64,000 nt of DNA from Heterodontus francisci (GCF_036365525.1 NW_027141846.1:1-64000), one strand, 5' to 3'. Counted from the first letter of the stretch, positions 24,337 through 37,914 are shown. Numbers and translations are program-made. The notes: a model not told the origin generated them from the sequence alone.

Positions 24337-24990
24337 TAGGGTTGCCCTGGAGTCTCCAGTAATTGAAGATTCACCCCCAGGTCACTGCTGTGAACAAAAC
24401 CCTGGAGAATGATCTTTGGCACATTAAATAATTTTCTTTAAACACATCCTTTATTATTTATTTTAGAGTTACAGGCCCTTCAGCCCACCGAGTCTGTGTC
24501 GACCAACAACCACCCATTTATACTAACCCTACAGTAATCCCATATACCCTAGCACCTACCTACACTAGGGGCAATTTACAATGACCAATTTACCTATCAC
24601 CTGTAAGTCTTTGGCTGTGGGAGGAAACCGGAGCAGCCGACGGAAACCCACGCGGTCACAGGGAGAACTTGCAAACTCCGCACAGGCAGTACCCAGAATT
24701 GAACACGGGTCCCTGGAGCTGTGAGGCTGCGGTGCTAACCACTACGCCACTGTGCAGTTATAAAATTGTTGGTGATGGGATGGAAAAGGCTGTTTGACTG
24801 CCAGTCAAGAATCATCCAATCAGGTAAGGAAGAGTCTGCTCGCTTTCCAATTGGCCGAGGCAGGGTGGGGCTCTGCGAGGATGGATGCTTCGGGCGACCA
24901 ATGGTGGGAGTGCGAGGGACAGGACGGTTGGAGGCAAGAGATCATGTGATGATGCATCCAGGAATATATCCAGCCAGAGCTGGCAACTCA
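24337..24990. mobile_element. Old MITE with AGGGTTGCC-type termini (hAT-like); related copies at ~13780-13970, 16045-16247, 21812-22170
   Basis: tagggttgcc...tggcaactca ends. Shared internal blocks (cagactcttc/tttacctgattggatga...gacXgXcagtcaaacagcc) among the copies. Confidence 0.5.
24451..24755 (-). mobile_element. V-domain SINE copy (nested in a MITE)
   Basis: Same head, core and tail as 5165-5507. Confidence 0.85.
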
Positions 24991-25177
24991 AGGTAAGGTA
25001 TGAGGACTGGTTGTTGAGACACAGGGAGAGCATGTTTCAGAGCTGGAGGCAGTGCGGGGAAGAGCCAGGAGACTGATCCCAGCTATCAGGAAAGACTGGA
25101 CAGATTTGGGTTGGAAAGTAGGTGATGTTGGTCTGTGTCAATAGTGCACTGGTGGCTAAAAATGGTCACTCAGTCTT

Positions 25178-25582
25178 AAGGTCCCAAACCAGAGATTTGT
25201 GCACATAATCCGGACCGACGCACCCAGTGCCAGTACTGAGGGAGTGCTGCACTGTCAGAGGTGCCGTCTTCTGTTTGAAGGTGGTTAACCAATGCCCCAT
25301 CTGCCCTCTCAGGGGGATGCACAATATTCAAAATTTGAAAAGAGCAGGAGAGTTCACCCCTATTTCCTAAACAATATTTATCACTCAACAAACATCACTA
25401 AAAAAAATTATCTGGTTTTCATCCCATTGCTGTTTGTGGGAGCTTGCTGTGCGCAAATTGGCTGCTGTGTTTCCTACACTATAACAGGGACTACACTTCA
25501 AAAAGTATTTCATTGGCTGTAAAGCACATTGGAACATCCTGAAGCAGTGAAGGGCGCTATATAAATGCAAGTCTTTTTTTCT
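25178..25582 (+). mobile_element. Deu-domain-type SINE copy
   Basis: Same body. Tail gggcgctatataaatgcaagtcttt. Confidence 0.78.
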
Positions 25583-25859
25583 GTTTTAAGGCATAGAATC
25601 ATATAGTACAGGTAGAGGCCATTCAGCCCATCATGTCCATGTCGGCTCTTTGGAAGAGCTATCCAAAGAGTCCTATTACCCCAAGCTCATTCCCCATGGC
25701 CCTACAAAATGTTTCCTTTTCCATACGATTCCCTTTTGAAAGTTACGATTGAATCTGCTTCCACCGCCCTTTCAGGCAGCGCTTTCCAGATCATAACAAT
25801 CACCTGTTTGTTAAAAAAAAGTCTCCTCATCTCCCAGTTGTTGAAAGGAAGAAATATAC

Positions 25860-26372
25860 TGTTCAAACCTATGTAAAAAGTTTAAGAAAACTTTTAAGAA
25901 CTGTTTTTCCAAATGTTGAAAATCTTTTTATAAAGTATTTTAAAAATATTGAAAAACTTTTATTAAACTTTTTCAAATACTGAAAATAGGTTTTAAAACT
26001 TTTTCAAATCGAAAAACTTTTTCAAACATTGACAACTTTTAATAAACTTTTTCAGATATTGAAAGTAGCTTTAATTTTTTTTCAAATGCTGAAAAACTTC
26101 TAAAAAAAACTTTTTCAGATATTGACAATTTTTAATAAACTTTTTCGGATATTGCAAATAGGTTGAAAAACGTCAAAACGTTTTCAAATATCGAAAAACC
26201 TAAGAAAACATTTTTCAATCATTGATAACTTTTAATAAAGTTTTCGAATATTGAAAATAGGTTTAAAATGTGTTTCCAAATGTTGAAAAAACTTTTGAAA
26301 AACTTTTTCAGATATTGAAAAACAAAACTTTGTGAAATATTTCGAAACTTTACACATATAAAATAAACTTTT
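25860..26372. repeat. AT-rich degenerate repeat next to the KCNK6 exon 1 donor
   Basis: Recurrent aactttttcaaatattgaaaa units. Confidence 0.8.
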
Positions 26373-26382
26373 TAACACTCAC

Positions 26383-26701
26383 CCACTGTAGTGATCAAGG
26401 TGCTCGCGAAAAAGAAAGCAGACGGGAAGTCCCAGTTGGTTTTGTGAGAAGTGTTGTTCAGGATGGAGACACCGTATCGGTCGGCTGTTAGTGCCCGCTC
26501 CAAGAAGTGTTCCAGGTCGGCCTCGGCCAAGCAGGAGCTGGTGTTGAGAAGCCGGGACTTCAAGTCTCGCAACTCCTCCCGCAGTCTGCGTTCATGGGGC
26601 CGCTCCACCAGAGATACGATCACCGCTCCCAGCAGCAGGTAACACAGGTAAAAGGCAACCAAGAGGGGCAGCAGCATCGGGCCACAAAGGAACCCCGCCA
26701 T
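26383..26701 (-). CDS. KCNK6: KCNK6 coding exon 1 (319 nt; M1, cap, pore helix 1)
   Basis: ATG at 26701 (MAGFLCGPMLLPLLVAFY...WDFPSAFFFASTLITTV G). Donor GTGG|gtgagt. The upstream start in the ORF track is a GTG and is unlikely to be used. Confidence 0.9.
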
Positions 26702-26849
26702 CTGTCTTGGGACCCTGAATCGAACCGCAAATTTTTCCCACACTGAGTTTCTGTCCCTGTTAGAATCTCAGCTACCTGTCTCAATAGCCTTACGTGGCTC
26801 TAAGGAAAACACCTATAAAATCCCACCCTTCCTGTGCTTTAGGCTCAGT

Positions 26850-27500
26850 GGAATATACTCTTCCTGTAACGTGCACACAGTGTAATATATCCATCCTATA
26901 ATATACACTCAGTATAATATACTCTTCCTGTAATATACATAGTGTCATATACCCTTCCTATAATATACATTCAGTGTAATATACCCTCAATATAATAGTC
27001 GTAGAGAGATACAGCACTGAAACAGGCCCTTCAGCCCACCAAGTCTGTGCCAACCATCAATCACCCATTTATACTAATCCTACATTAATCCCATATTCCC
27101 TACCTTTCCTCTATTCTCCTACCACCTAGGGGCAATTTACAATGGCCAATTTACCTATCAACCTGCAAGTCTTTGGCTGTGGGAGGAAACCAGAGCACCC
27201 GGAGGAAACCCACAGGGTCACAGGGAGAACTTGCAAACTCCACACAGGCAGTACCCAGAACTGAACCCGGGTCGCTGGAGCTGTGAGGCTGCGGTGCTAG
27301 CCACTGTGCCGCCCATATTTTTCCTCTAATATACAGTGTAATATATATTCTTCCTATAATATACACCGTGTAATATACTCTTTCTATAATATACATGCAA
27401 TATAATATATAGTGTAATATACCCTTCATGTAAGATACACTCAGTGTAATACACTGTTCCTGTAACATACACTCAGTATAATGGACCCTTCCTGTAATTT
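26850..27500. repeat. Degenerate ~30-bp repeat upstream of KCNK6, split by a SINE
   Basis: Recurrent cagtgtaatatactcttcctataatatacac on both sides of 27001-27314. Confidence 0.75.
27001..27314 (-). mobile_element. V-domain SINE copy, ~300 bp upstream of the KCNK6 ATG
   Basis: Same family. Interrupts a degenerate ~30-bp repeat. Confidence 0.85.
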
Positions 27501-27539
27501 ACGTTGTATAATTTTTTTCTTATTTTTACACTCCATTTA

Positions 27540-28110
27540 ATATTTTGTTTGTTGGTGTCATTTTCTTCCCAGAAGGTTGACTGTCGTGAATCTCCACCTC
27601 TTTCTGTCCTGTGCTATCTTTACACATTCTGTATAGGTCAACTGCATCCAGTCCATAATATCTGTCATCCATTTTCTTCTTTGCTTCCCTCCCCTACGTT
27701 TCCCATCAATCTTTCCTTCCAATAATTGTCTCTGTTTACCTTCTGCTCTAATGATGTGACCCAAGTATTGTATCTTTCTCTCTCTTTGATGTTTTGCACT
27801 AATTTCCTCTTTTCCTCAGCCAGTTCCAGCACTTCCTCATTCGTCTTTCTTTCTGTGTAGGATATGCAGAACATCCTCCGATACGTCCACATCTAAAATG
27901 CATTCAGATTATCAATAGCCTCTTTGTTTGTTGTTCACGTCTCCGAGGCAGATAACATGGATAACAAACTGTAGCACCTCAGCATTCTTTTCCTAAGAAT
28001 CAGTTTCTTTGCTGTTAACACGTCCTTCATTCTGACAAAGTTGGTCTTGGCTGTCTCAATTCTCCTTCGGGATCTCACAATCACATTTCCCATTATCTGT
28101 GATAATCTCT
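27540..28110 (-). mobile_element. Decayed 3' fragment of a second, distinct RTE family
   Basis: MWTYRRMFCISYTERKTNEEVL and GHIIRAEGKQRQLLEGKIDGKRRGGKQRRKW...AQDRKRWR are typical RTE C-terminal motifs. Frameshifted. Confidence 0.75.
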
Positions 28111-28509
28111 CCTCCAGTAATTATACACTCAGTTTAATTTAACCCTCCGGCACGATATATTCAGTGTAATATAATCTTCCTTTCATATAGGTCTATAATA
28201 TCTTTAAAATTCTTGTATCTCTGCCCTGTCAGTTTTTTCCGTTATAACCTCTGATGCCCACCATTCGATTGGAAATTTGCCACGCTGTATTTACACCCTC
28301 TACCATGGGAGGCACTTAGCACCTCTGGGACTACAGGCAATGCTGCCAATGCCCCAATTTGTGTTACCCATTCCAAGCTGCCCTCAGAGGGTGGATAGAG
28401 GGAATGTCTCCTCAAACCACTGTCCTGGTGGGGGGTGCGGGGGGGGGGGGGGTGTGATGCTCCCACATTGGCATTAGGTGGGGAGTTTAGTGTTTTGCCC
28501 TTGTGATGA

Positions 28510-29350
28510 TGAAGGAAACGTGCAATATGTGTCCAGTTCTGGTCTCTATATTACAAGGAGGCGTCAGAGACAATAGAGAAGGTGCTCTCACTCCCTTTTA
28601 CAGATAATACCAGAACTGAGAGGTGATAACTATCAGGAAAGATTGAACAGTGGCGCAGTGGTTAGCACCGCAGCCTCACAGCTCCAGCGACCCGGGTTCA
28701 ATTCTGGGTACTGCCTGTGTGGAGTTTGCAAGTTCTCCCTGTGACCGCGTGGGTTTTCGCCGGGTGCTCCGGTTTCCTCCCACAGCCAAAGACTTGTAGG
28801 TGATAGGTAAATTGGCCATTGTAAATTGCCCCTAGTGTAGGGAGGTGATAGGGAATATGGGATTACTGTAGGGTTAGTATAAATGGGTGGTTGTTGGTCG
28901 GCACAGACCCGGTGGGCCGAAGGGCCTGTTTCAGTGCTGTATCTCTAGATAAAAATAAAAGCTGGGCTCTTCACTCTACAAAAGAGAAGGCTGAGGGGTG
29001 ATCTGATAGAGGTCTTTAAAACTATAAAGGGGTTCAGTAAGGAAGATGTAGAGAGGATGTTTCCAATTGTTTGGGGAGACCAGAACTAGAGGTCATAAAT
29101 ATAAGAGAGGCACTAATAAATCCAATGGGGAATTCAGGAGAAATGTATTTACCCAGAGAGTGGAGAATGTGGAACTCACTACCACAGGGATTAGTAGGTA
29201 AATAGATGCATTAAAGAAGCTACCTGAACATATGAGGGAGAAAGGAATAGAAGGATATGTTGATGGGGTGAGATGGAGAGGGGGTGGGAGGAGGCTTGTG
29301 TGGAGCATAAACACCTTTCATGTACCAGTTGGGCCGATGACATTTTCCAA
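28510..29350 (+). mobile_element. Decayed CR1 3' fragment interrupted by a SINE
   Basis: cagttctggtctc...aggctgaggggtgatctgatagaggtctttaaa...gaggtcataaatataag. The CR1 sequence resumes after the SINE at 28961. Confidence 0.7.
28648..28960 (+). mobile_element. V-domain SINE copy (nested in CR1)
   Basis: Same family. Confidence 0.85.
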
Positions 29351-30271
29351 GCTGTAGGTTTTATGTAAAATAATGACGGTGTGTGACTTTGAGGGGAAAC
29401 AGAAGGTGATGGTAATCCCATGGGATTGTTTTTCAAATTCCTTCTCAGGGCCTGGGGGGGTGGAGGAGGGCGGGTGCTGTTGAAATTAGCTATGTAAACA
29501 TGTGACGCTGTAATTACATCCTGTGACCAGCAGTGGCGCTGAGTGCTTCTACTAGGGGAAGTGTGCGACTACAATATGACAAGTTTACATATTGAGTTTC
29601 CATTATAAATGTGGTTGCAGGAATTCATAATGAAAATATAAAGATATCATAATTGGCCAAAAAGCTAGAAGGTAGATGAAGGAACATTTTTATTTTGACG
29701 CAGCGCGTTGCTGTGATCTGGAACGCACTGCCTGAAAGGGCAGTGGAAGCAGATTCAATAGTGACTTTCAAAAGGGAATTGGATAAATACGTGAAAAATT
29801 TGCAGGGCTGTGGGGATAGAGCAGAGGGAGTGGAAATAACCGGATAGCTCTATCAAAGAGCACAATGGGCTGAATGGCCTCTTCCTGTGCTATAAGATTC
29901 TATGATAAGGACCAGATATATGACTTTAAAATAAGAGTCAGTTACATTGGAAGGCTCTGGTTCAATTACCTCCCCGTGCTTTAACCCCATTTCACCTGGA
30001 TTAGTGCAAAGCCATGAGAGGGCAACCAGTTTTGTGAATGACTCAGAGCCAGGATATTGGGGAGCTCGCGTGTTTCAAGGGGTTGTTACTTGGAGTGCTT
30101 TTAGAAGCAAAAACACAAGTTAGAAATTGTGTGTGTGTTTGGGTGGAGTGGGGGGGGGTGTAGGATAGAATGAGCCAAAGTATTGGGACAGTGTTTCAAT
30201 TCAGCAGTAAAGCAAGAGGTAGGTAAAAGATTCTAATCTTTGGGTCGCTTTTTTTTTTGCAACATAAAAGT

Positions 30272-31036
<765 letters not shown>

Positions 31037-31236
31037 TCAGTTTGCATTGATTTCACACTCCTTTCCTCTGGGTCCCCTCCTTTCATCCACAACCCAACTC
31101 CACAACAGTCAGCATGCAAACATACCCACAGGCCCCACCAGTATTCACCTGACTCAGTATTTCTTGTGTTACTTCCCCTACCTCGTCCATCCTGATATGC
31201 TGCCGTTTCATTTTCACAAGAAATTGTGACAATAAC

Positions 31237-31820
31237 ACTGTGACATCCTGAAGTGTGACAAATAAAACTGACATCTTGAAGTGTGACAAATAAAACTGAC
31301 ATCTTGAAGTGTGACAAATACAACTGTGACATCCTGAAGTGTGACAAATAAAACTGACATCCTGAAGTGTGACAAATAAAACTGACATCCTGATGTGTGA
31401 CAAATAAAACTGTGACATCCTGAAGTGTGACAAATAAAACTGACATCCTGAAGTGTGACAAATAAAACTGTGACATCCTGAAGTGTGACAAATAAAACTG
31501 TGACATCCTGAAGTGTGACAAATAAAACTGACATCCTGAAGTGTGACAAATGAAACTGTGACATCCTGAAGTGTGACAAATCAAACTGACATCCTGAAGT
31601 GTGACAAATCAAACTGACATCCTGAAGTGTGACAAATCAAACTGTGACATCCTGAAGTGTGACAAATCAAACTGACATCCTGAAGTGTGACAAATCAAAC
31701 TGTGACATCCTGAAGTGTGAGAAATAAAACTGTGACATCCTGAGGTGTGACAAATAAAACTGACATCCTGAAGTGTGACAAATAAAACTGTGACATCCTG
31801 AAGTGTGACAGTGTGACAGT
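31237..31820. repeat. 28/30-bp minisatellite, ~20 units, HHIPL intron 8
   Basis: Unit (tg)tgacatcctgaagtgtgacaaataaaac, head-to-tail. Confidence 0.96.
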
Positions 31821-32003
31821 GTGATTGTGTAAAACCTGACAGCTAAATTGTGACAGCTTAAAGCATGACTGTCAACAGCAAAAGCATGATGCCTATAATG
31901 TGACAGGACGTTAACTGTGACACTGATAGGAAGTGTACAATGTAAGCAAGACTTTTAAGATATTCTAGATTTTATATAAATATGGAAACAAGGACACACT
32001 CAC

Positions 32004-32086
32004 TCTCCTTCGGCCGAAAACGGAGCAACTTCCCCTTCACCTTCACGGAAGTTGGTTTAAAGTGACATTTCCCTGGTGGTGCTCGC
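32004..32086 (-). CDS. HHIPL1: HHIP-like protein exon 8 (83 nt)
   Basis: Acceptor ttcaag|G. Encodes [27 protein letters not shown]. Donor A|gtgagt. Not in the ORF track. Confidence 0.9.
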
Positions 32087-32094
32087 CTTGAAGG

Positions 32095-32500
32095 GGGAAA
32101 AAAAAAGAGAAAGACTTGCATTTATATAGCACCTTGCAGGACCACCGGACATCTCAAAGTGCTTTACAGCCAATGAAGTACTTTTTGTAAGAAATGCGAC
32201 AGCCAATTTTGTGCACAGCAAGCTCCCAGATTGCAATGCGATAATGAGCAGATTTTTTTTTTGTGTTGTTGGTTGAGGGATAAATATTGGCCAAGACACC
32301 GGGGAGAACTCCCCTGCTCTTCTTCAAAGTAACGCCTTGGGATCTTTTACACCTACCCGAGAGGGCCTCGGTTCAACGCCTCATCCAAAAGACAACACCT
32401 CCGACAGTGCAGCACTCCCTCAGTGTGCCGCACTGGAGTGAGCCTTGAACCCAGAACGTTGTGACTCAGGCGAGACTGCTACCCACGGAGCCACAGCTGA
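32095..32500 (-). mobile_element. Deu-domain-type SINE copy abutting the HHIPL exon 8 acceptor
   Basis: Head near 32500, body, and tail gctatataaatgcaagtctttctctttttttt. Confidence 0.8.
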
Positions 32501-33424
32501 ACAGGAAGAAAAGCCAGAGGGCGGTCAGAGGTTGAAATGACGACTTAGGAGTAAACAGCAAAAGGTGGACAGAACCGGGACGATTATAAAATTGTGGACT
32601 AAGTTAGCACGAAAAGGCGATTAAAGCAGACAGCGTATATGGAGTGAGGGGGTAATGAGTTACATTCCTACAGAGAGAGAGGGAGAGAAGGGACTGAGGG
32701 ATGTGACATAAATATCTGGATTAAATTTCACTCATCACAGTTCTGTTTATTTTGTTTAGAACCTTCTATAATTCCTTAACTGCTTCGTTGGAATCACGAA
32801 AACATAACAGCCGAAACGCAGCAAGAGGTAAGCTTGCTATATACACAGAGACCCCGACTATCTCCGTGATTGCCTATGTATTGTGACAATAAGATTCCTC
32901 CCCCCCCCCGACAGTACGAGACAGAAACCTATCATTTGTGACTTTAGAAATCAAAAGGAGAGCAGGCCGGTTTCTCCCAGTGACCTGGTCAATAATTATC
33001 CTGCAAACAATGTCACTTTTGAAAAAACCCAATATATTATCTGGTCGTTATCACATTGCTGTTGGTGGGATCTTGCTGTGTGGCAAATTGGCTGCCCCGT
33101 CTCCCACATGACAACAGCGACTACGCCTTGGAAGGCACTTCATTGGCTGTAAAGCACTTTGGGACATCCAGAGGTCTTGTAAGGCGCTATAGAAATGCAA
33201 GCTGTTGTTGAAATCATGGCTAATCAGTATTAAAAGAAAGTGAATCAGATGTCAGATCCCTGATACAAGATTGTAAATCTTATAGAAAGGGTAAATCTGG
33301 AGCACTACTTTAAACTAAACCGCTGCACGCTGATTGGGCTTAAACTCAAACATCTGGTTTTGGACAGACTGCCTCAAGTTCTCTGGCTAGGGTAATAAAG
33401 GTCATTAACTCAGATTTAACCATT

Positions 33425-33903
33425 CATAGAGTCATACAGCATAGAAACAGGCCCTTCGGCCCACAGCGTCCATGCCGACCATAATGCCTATCTATACTAA
33501 TCCCACCTGCCTGCATTAATTCCATATCCCTCTATGCCTTGCTCATTCAAGTACCTGTCCAGATGCCTCCTAAATGTTACTACTGTTCCTGCCTCCACCA
33601 CCTCCTCAGGCAGCTCATTCCAGATACCCACTATTCTTTGTGTGAAAAATTTACCCCTTTGATCCCCTTTAAACCTCCTCCCTCTCACCTTAAATCTATG
33701 CCCTCTCGTTTTAGTCACCCCTACCATGGGAAACAGACTCTGGCTATCTACCCTATCTATGCCTCTCATCATTTTATATACCTCTATCATGTCCCCTCTC
33801 AGCCTCCTTCGCTCCAGGGAAAACAGACCCAGCCTATCCAATTTCTCTTTATAACTCAGGCCCTCCAAACCAGGCAACATCCTTGTGAATCTTTTCTGCA
33901 CCC
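33425..33903 (-). mobile_element. CR1 LINE 3' fragment
   Basis: VQKRFTRMLPGLEGLSYKEKLDRLGLFSLERRRLRGDMIEVYK followed by a CR1 3' UTR. Confidence 0.88.
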
Positions 33904-35353
33904 ATCTCTTCTGCACCTATCTGTTAGACAGCCTGATGACCGGGTGCTGCAAGTATTTTTACGAATCGGTGTGGGCTGAACGGCCAGCTACTTTCTTTGT
34001 GTTTTTTCCCCCAGGCTGCAATGGCATCCGTGAGGTTTTTATAGTTTAAAGTGGCCAGCGGAAGTGGGGGTGTGGGGGCGGTGTCACCCAGAGCAGCACC
34101 TTGAATGAAGAGTCCCACCAGCATCGGAACAGGAGGAGGCCATTCAGCCCCTCCAGCCTGTCCCGCCATTCAGTGAGATCATGACTGATCCGCGGCCTAA
34201 CTCCATATACGCCCACCTTTGCCCCATATCCCTTAATAGCTTTGGTTCACAAAAATCTATCAATCTCAGATTTAAAATTAAACAATTGATCTAGCATCAA
34301 TTGCCATTTGTGGAAGAGAGTTCCAAATTTCTACCACCCTTTGTGTGTAGGAGTGTTTCCTAATTTCACTCCTGAAAGATCTGGCCCTAATTTTTAGACT
34401 CTGCCCCCAAGTGCTCGATTCCCGAACCAGCAGAAATAGTTTCTCTCCGTCTATCCTATCTGTTCCCCTTAATAATCTTGAAAACTTTGATCTAATCCCC
34501 ACCTTAATATGTTCTAAATTCCAGGGAATACAACCTTAGTTTGTATTGAAACATAGAAAATTTACAGTACAGATGGAGGCTATTCGGCCCATCGAGACTG
34601 TGCCGGCCCTAAAAGAGCTACCTGTCTAATCCGTAGCCCTGTACGTTACAACACTTCAAGTGTGTATCCAAGTGTTTTTAAATGTGATAAGAGTTTCTGC
34701 CTCTACCACCCTTTCAGGCAGTGAGTTCCAGAGCCTGAGAGATATGAGATTGTAAATATTATATAAAGGGTAAATCTGGAGCACGACTTCAAACTAAAGC
34801 GCTGCGCGCTGATTGGGCTAAAGTCAAACATCTGGTTTTGGACAGACTGCCTCAAGTTCTCTGGGAAGGGTAGTAATGGTAAAAATTTCTAATCCTTCCA
34901 CCACTTACTTTAAATCTATGCCTCCTGGTTATCAACCTCTCAGTTAAAGGAAATAGGTCTTTCCTATCCACTCTGTCCAGTCCCCTCAATTTTATAGACC
35001 AGAATTAAATCTCCTCACAGCCTCCTCTGTTCCAAAGAAAACAACCCCAGCCTGTCCAGTCATTCCTCATAGATAAAATTCTCCATTCCTGGCACCATCC
35101 TTGTAAATCTCCCCTGCACCCTCTCTCGTGTGAATCTCTCCGCGTAATGTAACCCTGGGAGTCCAGGTATCATTGTGAATCAGGCCGTGACTGGGGTGAC
35201 AGCCCTGTCGCTCCCTGGAAGCTGGTCTTACGAGATGGCCAGTGACAGGGAGAGAGTCTAAATCCCAACAGGTTTAAATGGCTTGGCTCATCTCTACTTA
35301 TCTGACAAACATGGGGAATATCGCGAATCAGCAGATTGAAAATTTGGCACTTA

Positions 35354-35485
<132 letters not shown>

Positions 35486-36952
35486 TCATGGAAATAATGA
35501 AGCATTAAATAATGTGACTACCGTCAGTCACACAGTCGATCCACACTTCATTCCTCACTCTTGTTTCTCACCAACTGGCTTTTTGCGAAAGACCAAAATC
35601 CGAACTGTCTTGCTTGGAGTGACAGGGCTGGGATTTGTTGACCTCAGCACCACTGCACTGGACAGTGGCCAAGGGGGCCTCCGTGAAGCAGCATGGGGCG
35701 TGTTTCTGTGCTGAAGGCATCGTAAGAATGGGAGGAGGAGTGGGGAAGACAAGAAATGTTGCTGGGTGAGGAGTAAATATTGGCCAGGACACCAGGGAGA
35801 ACTCTCCTACTGTTCTCTGAATAGTGATGTGGGAACCTTCCTGACCACCCAGGAGGACAGACTCAGGTTAACCTCATTTAAAGAAAACAGTAGCGCACTG
35901 GGAGTGTCAGCCTAGGTTTTTGTGCTCAAATCTCTGGAGTGGGACTTAAACTCACACCCTTCTAACTGGAAGGCCAGAATGTCACCCACTGAACCAACAT
36001 AAGTTACCCCTGAGTTGCAAGCTTGAGTGTTGGGCATATAATTTTAGCCAACACTCCAGAGATTCTAACCTTGAGAACGGTTGAGGAATAGCATAGCTGC
36101 GTTTAAGGGGAAGCTAGGTAGAGCCTCTACAGCACAGAAGGAGGCCATTTGGCCCATCCAGTTCATGCTGGCACTCTGTTGAGCAATCCAGTCATTCCCA
36201 TGTGCCTCCCCCCCCACCCCCGCTCGCTCCCCGTAGCGAGTGCCCTCCAATTTCCTTTTGAAATCATTGATCGTCTCCGCTTCCACCACTCTGGTAGGCA
36301 GAGAGTTCCAGGTCATTACCTGTGTAAAAAGTTCTTCCCCCACTTGAGCACATGAGAGAGAAAGGGATAGAAGGATATGCTGATGGGGTGAGATGACGTA
36401 GAGTGGCGGGGGAGGCTTATGTGGAGCATAAACACCAGCATGCAGCAGTTGGGCCAAATGGCCTGTTTCTGTGCTGTACATTCAATGTCAATATTCCTGA
36501 TGCTCACACACATTCGGGTGGGTTGGATGGGAGATGCTGTAACACACTGATGGATTTGACTCCGTTCCCTTGGGCTGCTGTCCCCAAACTGATTGGCTAT
36601 ATGACCCAATATTGCGGGTCCCCTACTGGCTCAGTGGGTTCATGCAACTCCTCGCTGTAGCACTGTGCCCATCAAAGTTTGAAGATCTCTGCCTTGCTCT
36701 GTGCTGAGTTAGTTAATCTCAGTTGGTTACAGAGCCCTTGGTATGGGGAAGGAGTGGGGGGGGGGTGGTGGGGTGGGGAAATGAGCCATGGTTCTGGGTC
36801 CTAATCACTAACTAGTAAAAAGTCGCCGCCATCCGCAGCCCCCCCCCCCCCCCCACATTAGAAAGTACACATGTGGGCCCCAACACATGAGTTGAACGCA
36901 ACTCCACATCGGAGCAGTCTGCTGATGCATGAGGAATGGAGACCAAGTGTTT

Positions 36953-37914
36953 ATTTATTCATTCATGGGATGTGGGCATCGCTGACCAGGCCAGCATTTA
37001 TTGCCCATCCCTAATTGCCCTTGAGAAGGTGGTGGTGAGCTGCCTTCTTGAAACACTGCAGTCCATTTGGGGTAGGTATACCCACAGTGCTGTTAGGAAG
37101 GGAGTTCCAGGATTTTGACCCAGTGACAGTGAAGGAACGGCGATATAGTTCCAAGTCAGGATGGGGTGTGGCTTGGAGGGGAACTTGCAGGTGGTGGTGT
37201 TCCCATGTATTTGCTGCCCTTGTTCTTCTAGTTGGTAGAGGTCGCAGGTTTGGAAGGTGCTGTCTAAGGAGACTTGGTAGTTGCTGCAGTGTATCTTGTA
37301 GATGGTACACACTGCTGCCACTGTGCGTCGGTGGTGGAGGGAGTGAATGTTTGTAGATGGGGTGCCAATCAAGCGGGCTGCTTTGTCCTGGATGGTGTCG
37401 AGCTTCTTGAGTGTTGTTGGAGCTGCACCCATCCAGGCAAGTGGAGAGTATTCCATCACACTCCTGACTTGTGCCTTGTAGATGGTGGACAGGCTTTGGG
37501 GAGTCAGGAGGTGAGTTACTCGCCTCAGGATTCCTAGCCTCTGACCTGCTCTTGTAGCCACAGTATTTATATGACTACTCCAGTTCAGTTTCTGGTCAAT
37601 GGTAACCCCCCAGGATGTTGATAGTGGGGGTTTCAGCGATGGAAATGCCATTGACTGTCAAGGGGAGATGGTTAGATTCTGTCTTGTTGGAGATGGTCAT
37701 TGCCTGGCACTTGTGTGGCGCGAATGTTTCTTGCCACTTATAAGCCCAAGCCTGGATATTGTCCAGGTCTTGCTGCATTTCTACACGGACTGCTTCAGTA
37801 TCTGAGGAGTCCCGAATGGTGCTGAACATTGTGCAATCATCAGCGAACATCCCCACTTCTAACTTTATGATTGAAGGAAAGTCATTGATGAAGCAACTGA
37901 AGATGGTTGGACCT
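36953..37914 (-). mobile_element. CR1-group LINE of a different family, 3' fragment
   Basis: GMFADDCTMF, IYKAQVRSVMEYSPLAW, KKLDTIQDKAARLIG. 3' end agggcaattagggatgggcaataaatgctggcc...gaatgaat. Confidence 0.82.

Larger units (their letters stand above)
17764..26701 (-). other. KCNK6: KCNK6 (TWIK-2) two-pore-domain K+ channel gene, 3 coding exons, 318 aa
   Basis: join(26383..26701,20824..21219,17764..18005) = 957 nt and is open. Pore 1 is TLITTVGYG and pore 2 is SLTTIGLGDYVPGE (GLG is a TWIK-subfamily trait). The acidic stretch and terminal YESI motif match my recollection of human KCNK6 (DEDD..DIL, YASI) rather than KCNK1 or KCNK7. Confidence 0.88.

Noticed and set aside
26702-26743. N-terminal extension of KCNK6 (MWEKFAV...) and similar extension of HHIPL exon 1
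   Set aside because: The ORF track uses GTG/TTG starts. The first in-frame ATGs give family-typical N-termini.
29523-29542. CTCF-like site between HHIPL and KCNK6 (ccagcagtggcgct; similar at ~12169)
   Set aside because: One base short of the CCASYAGRKGGCR core spacing. Not supportable without ChIP data.
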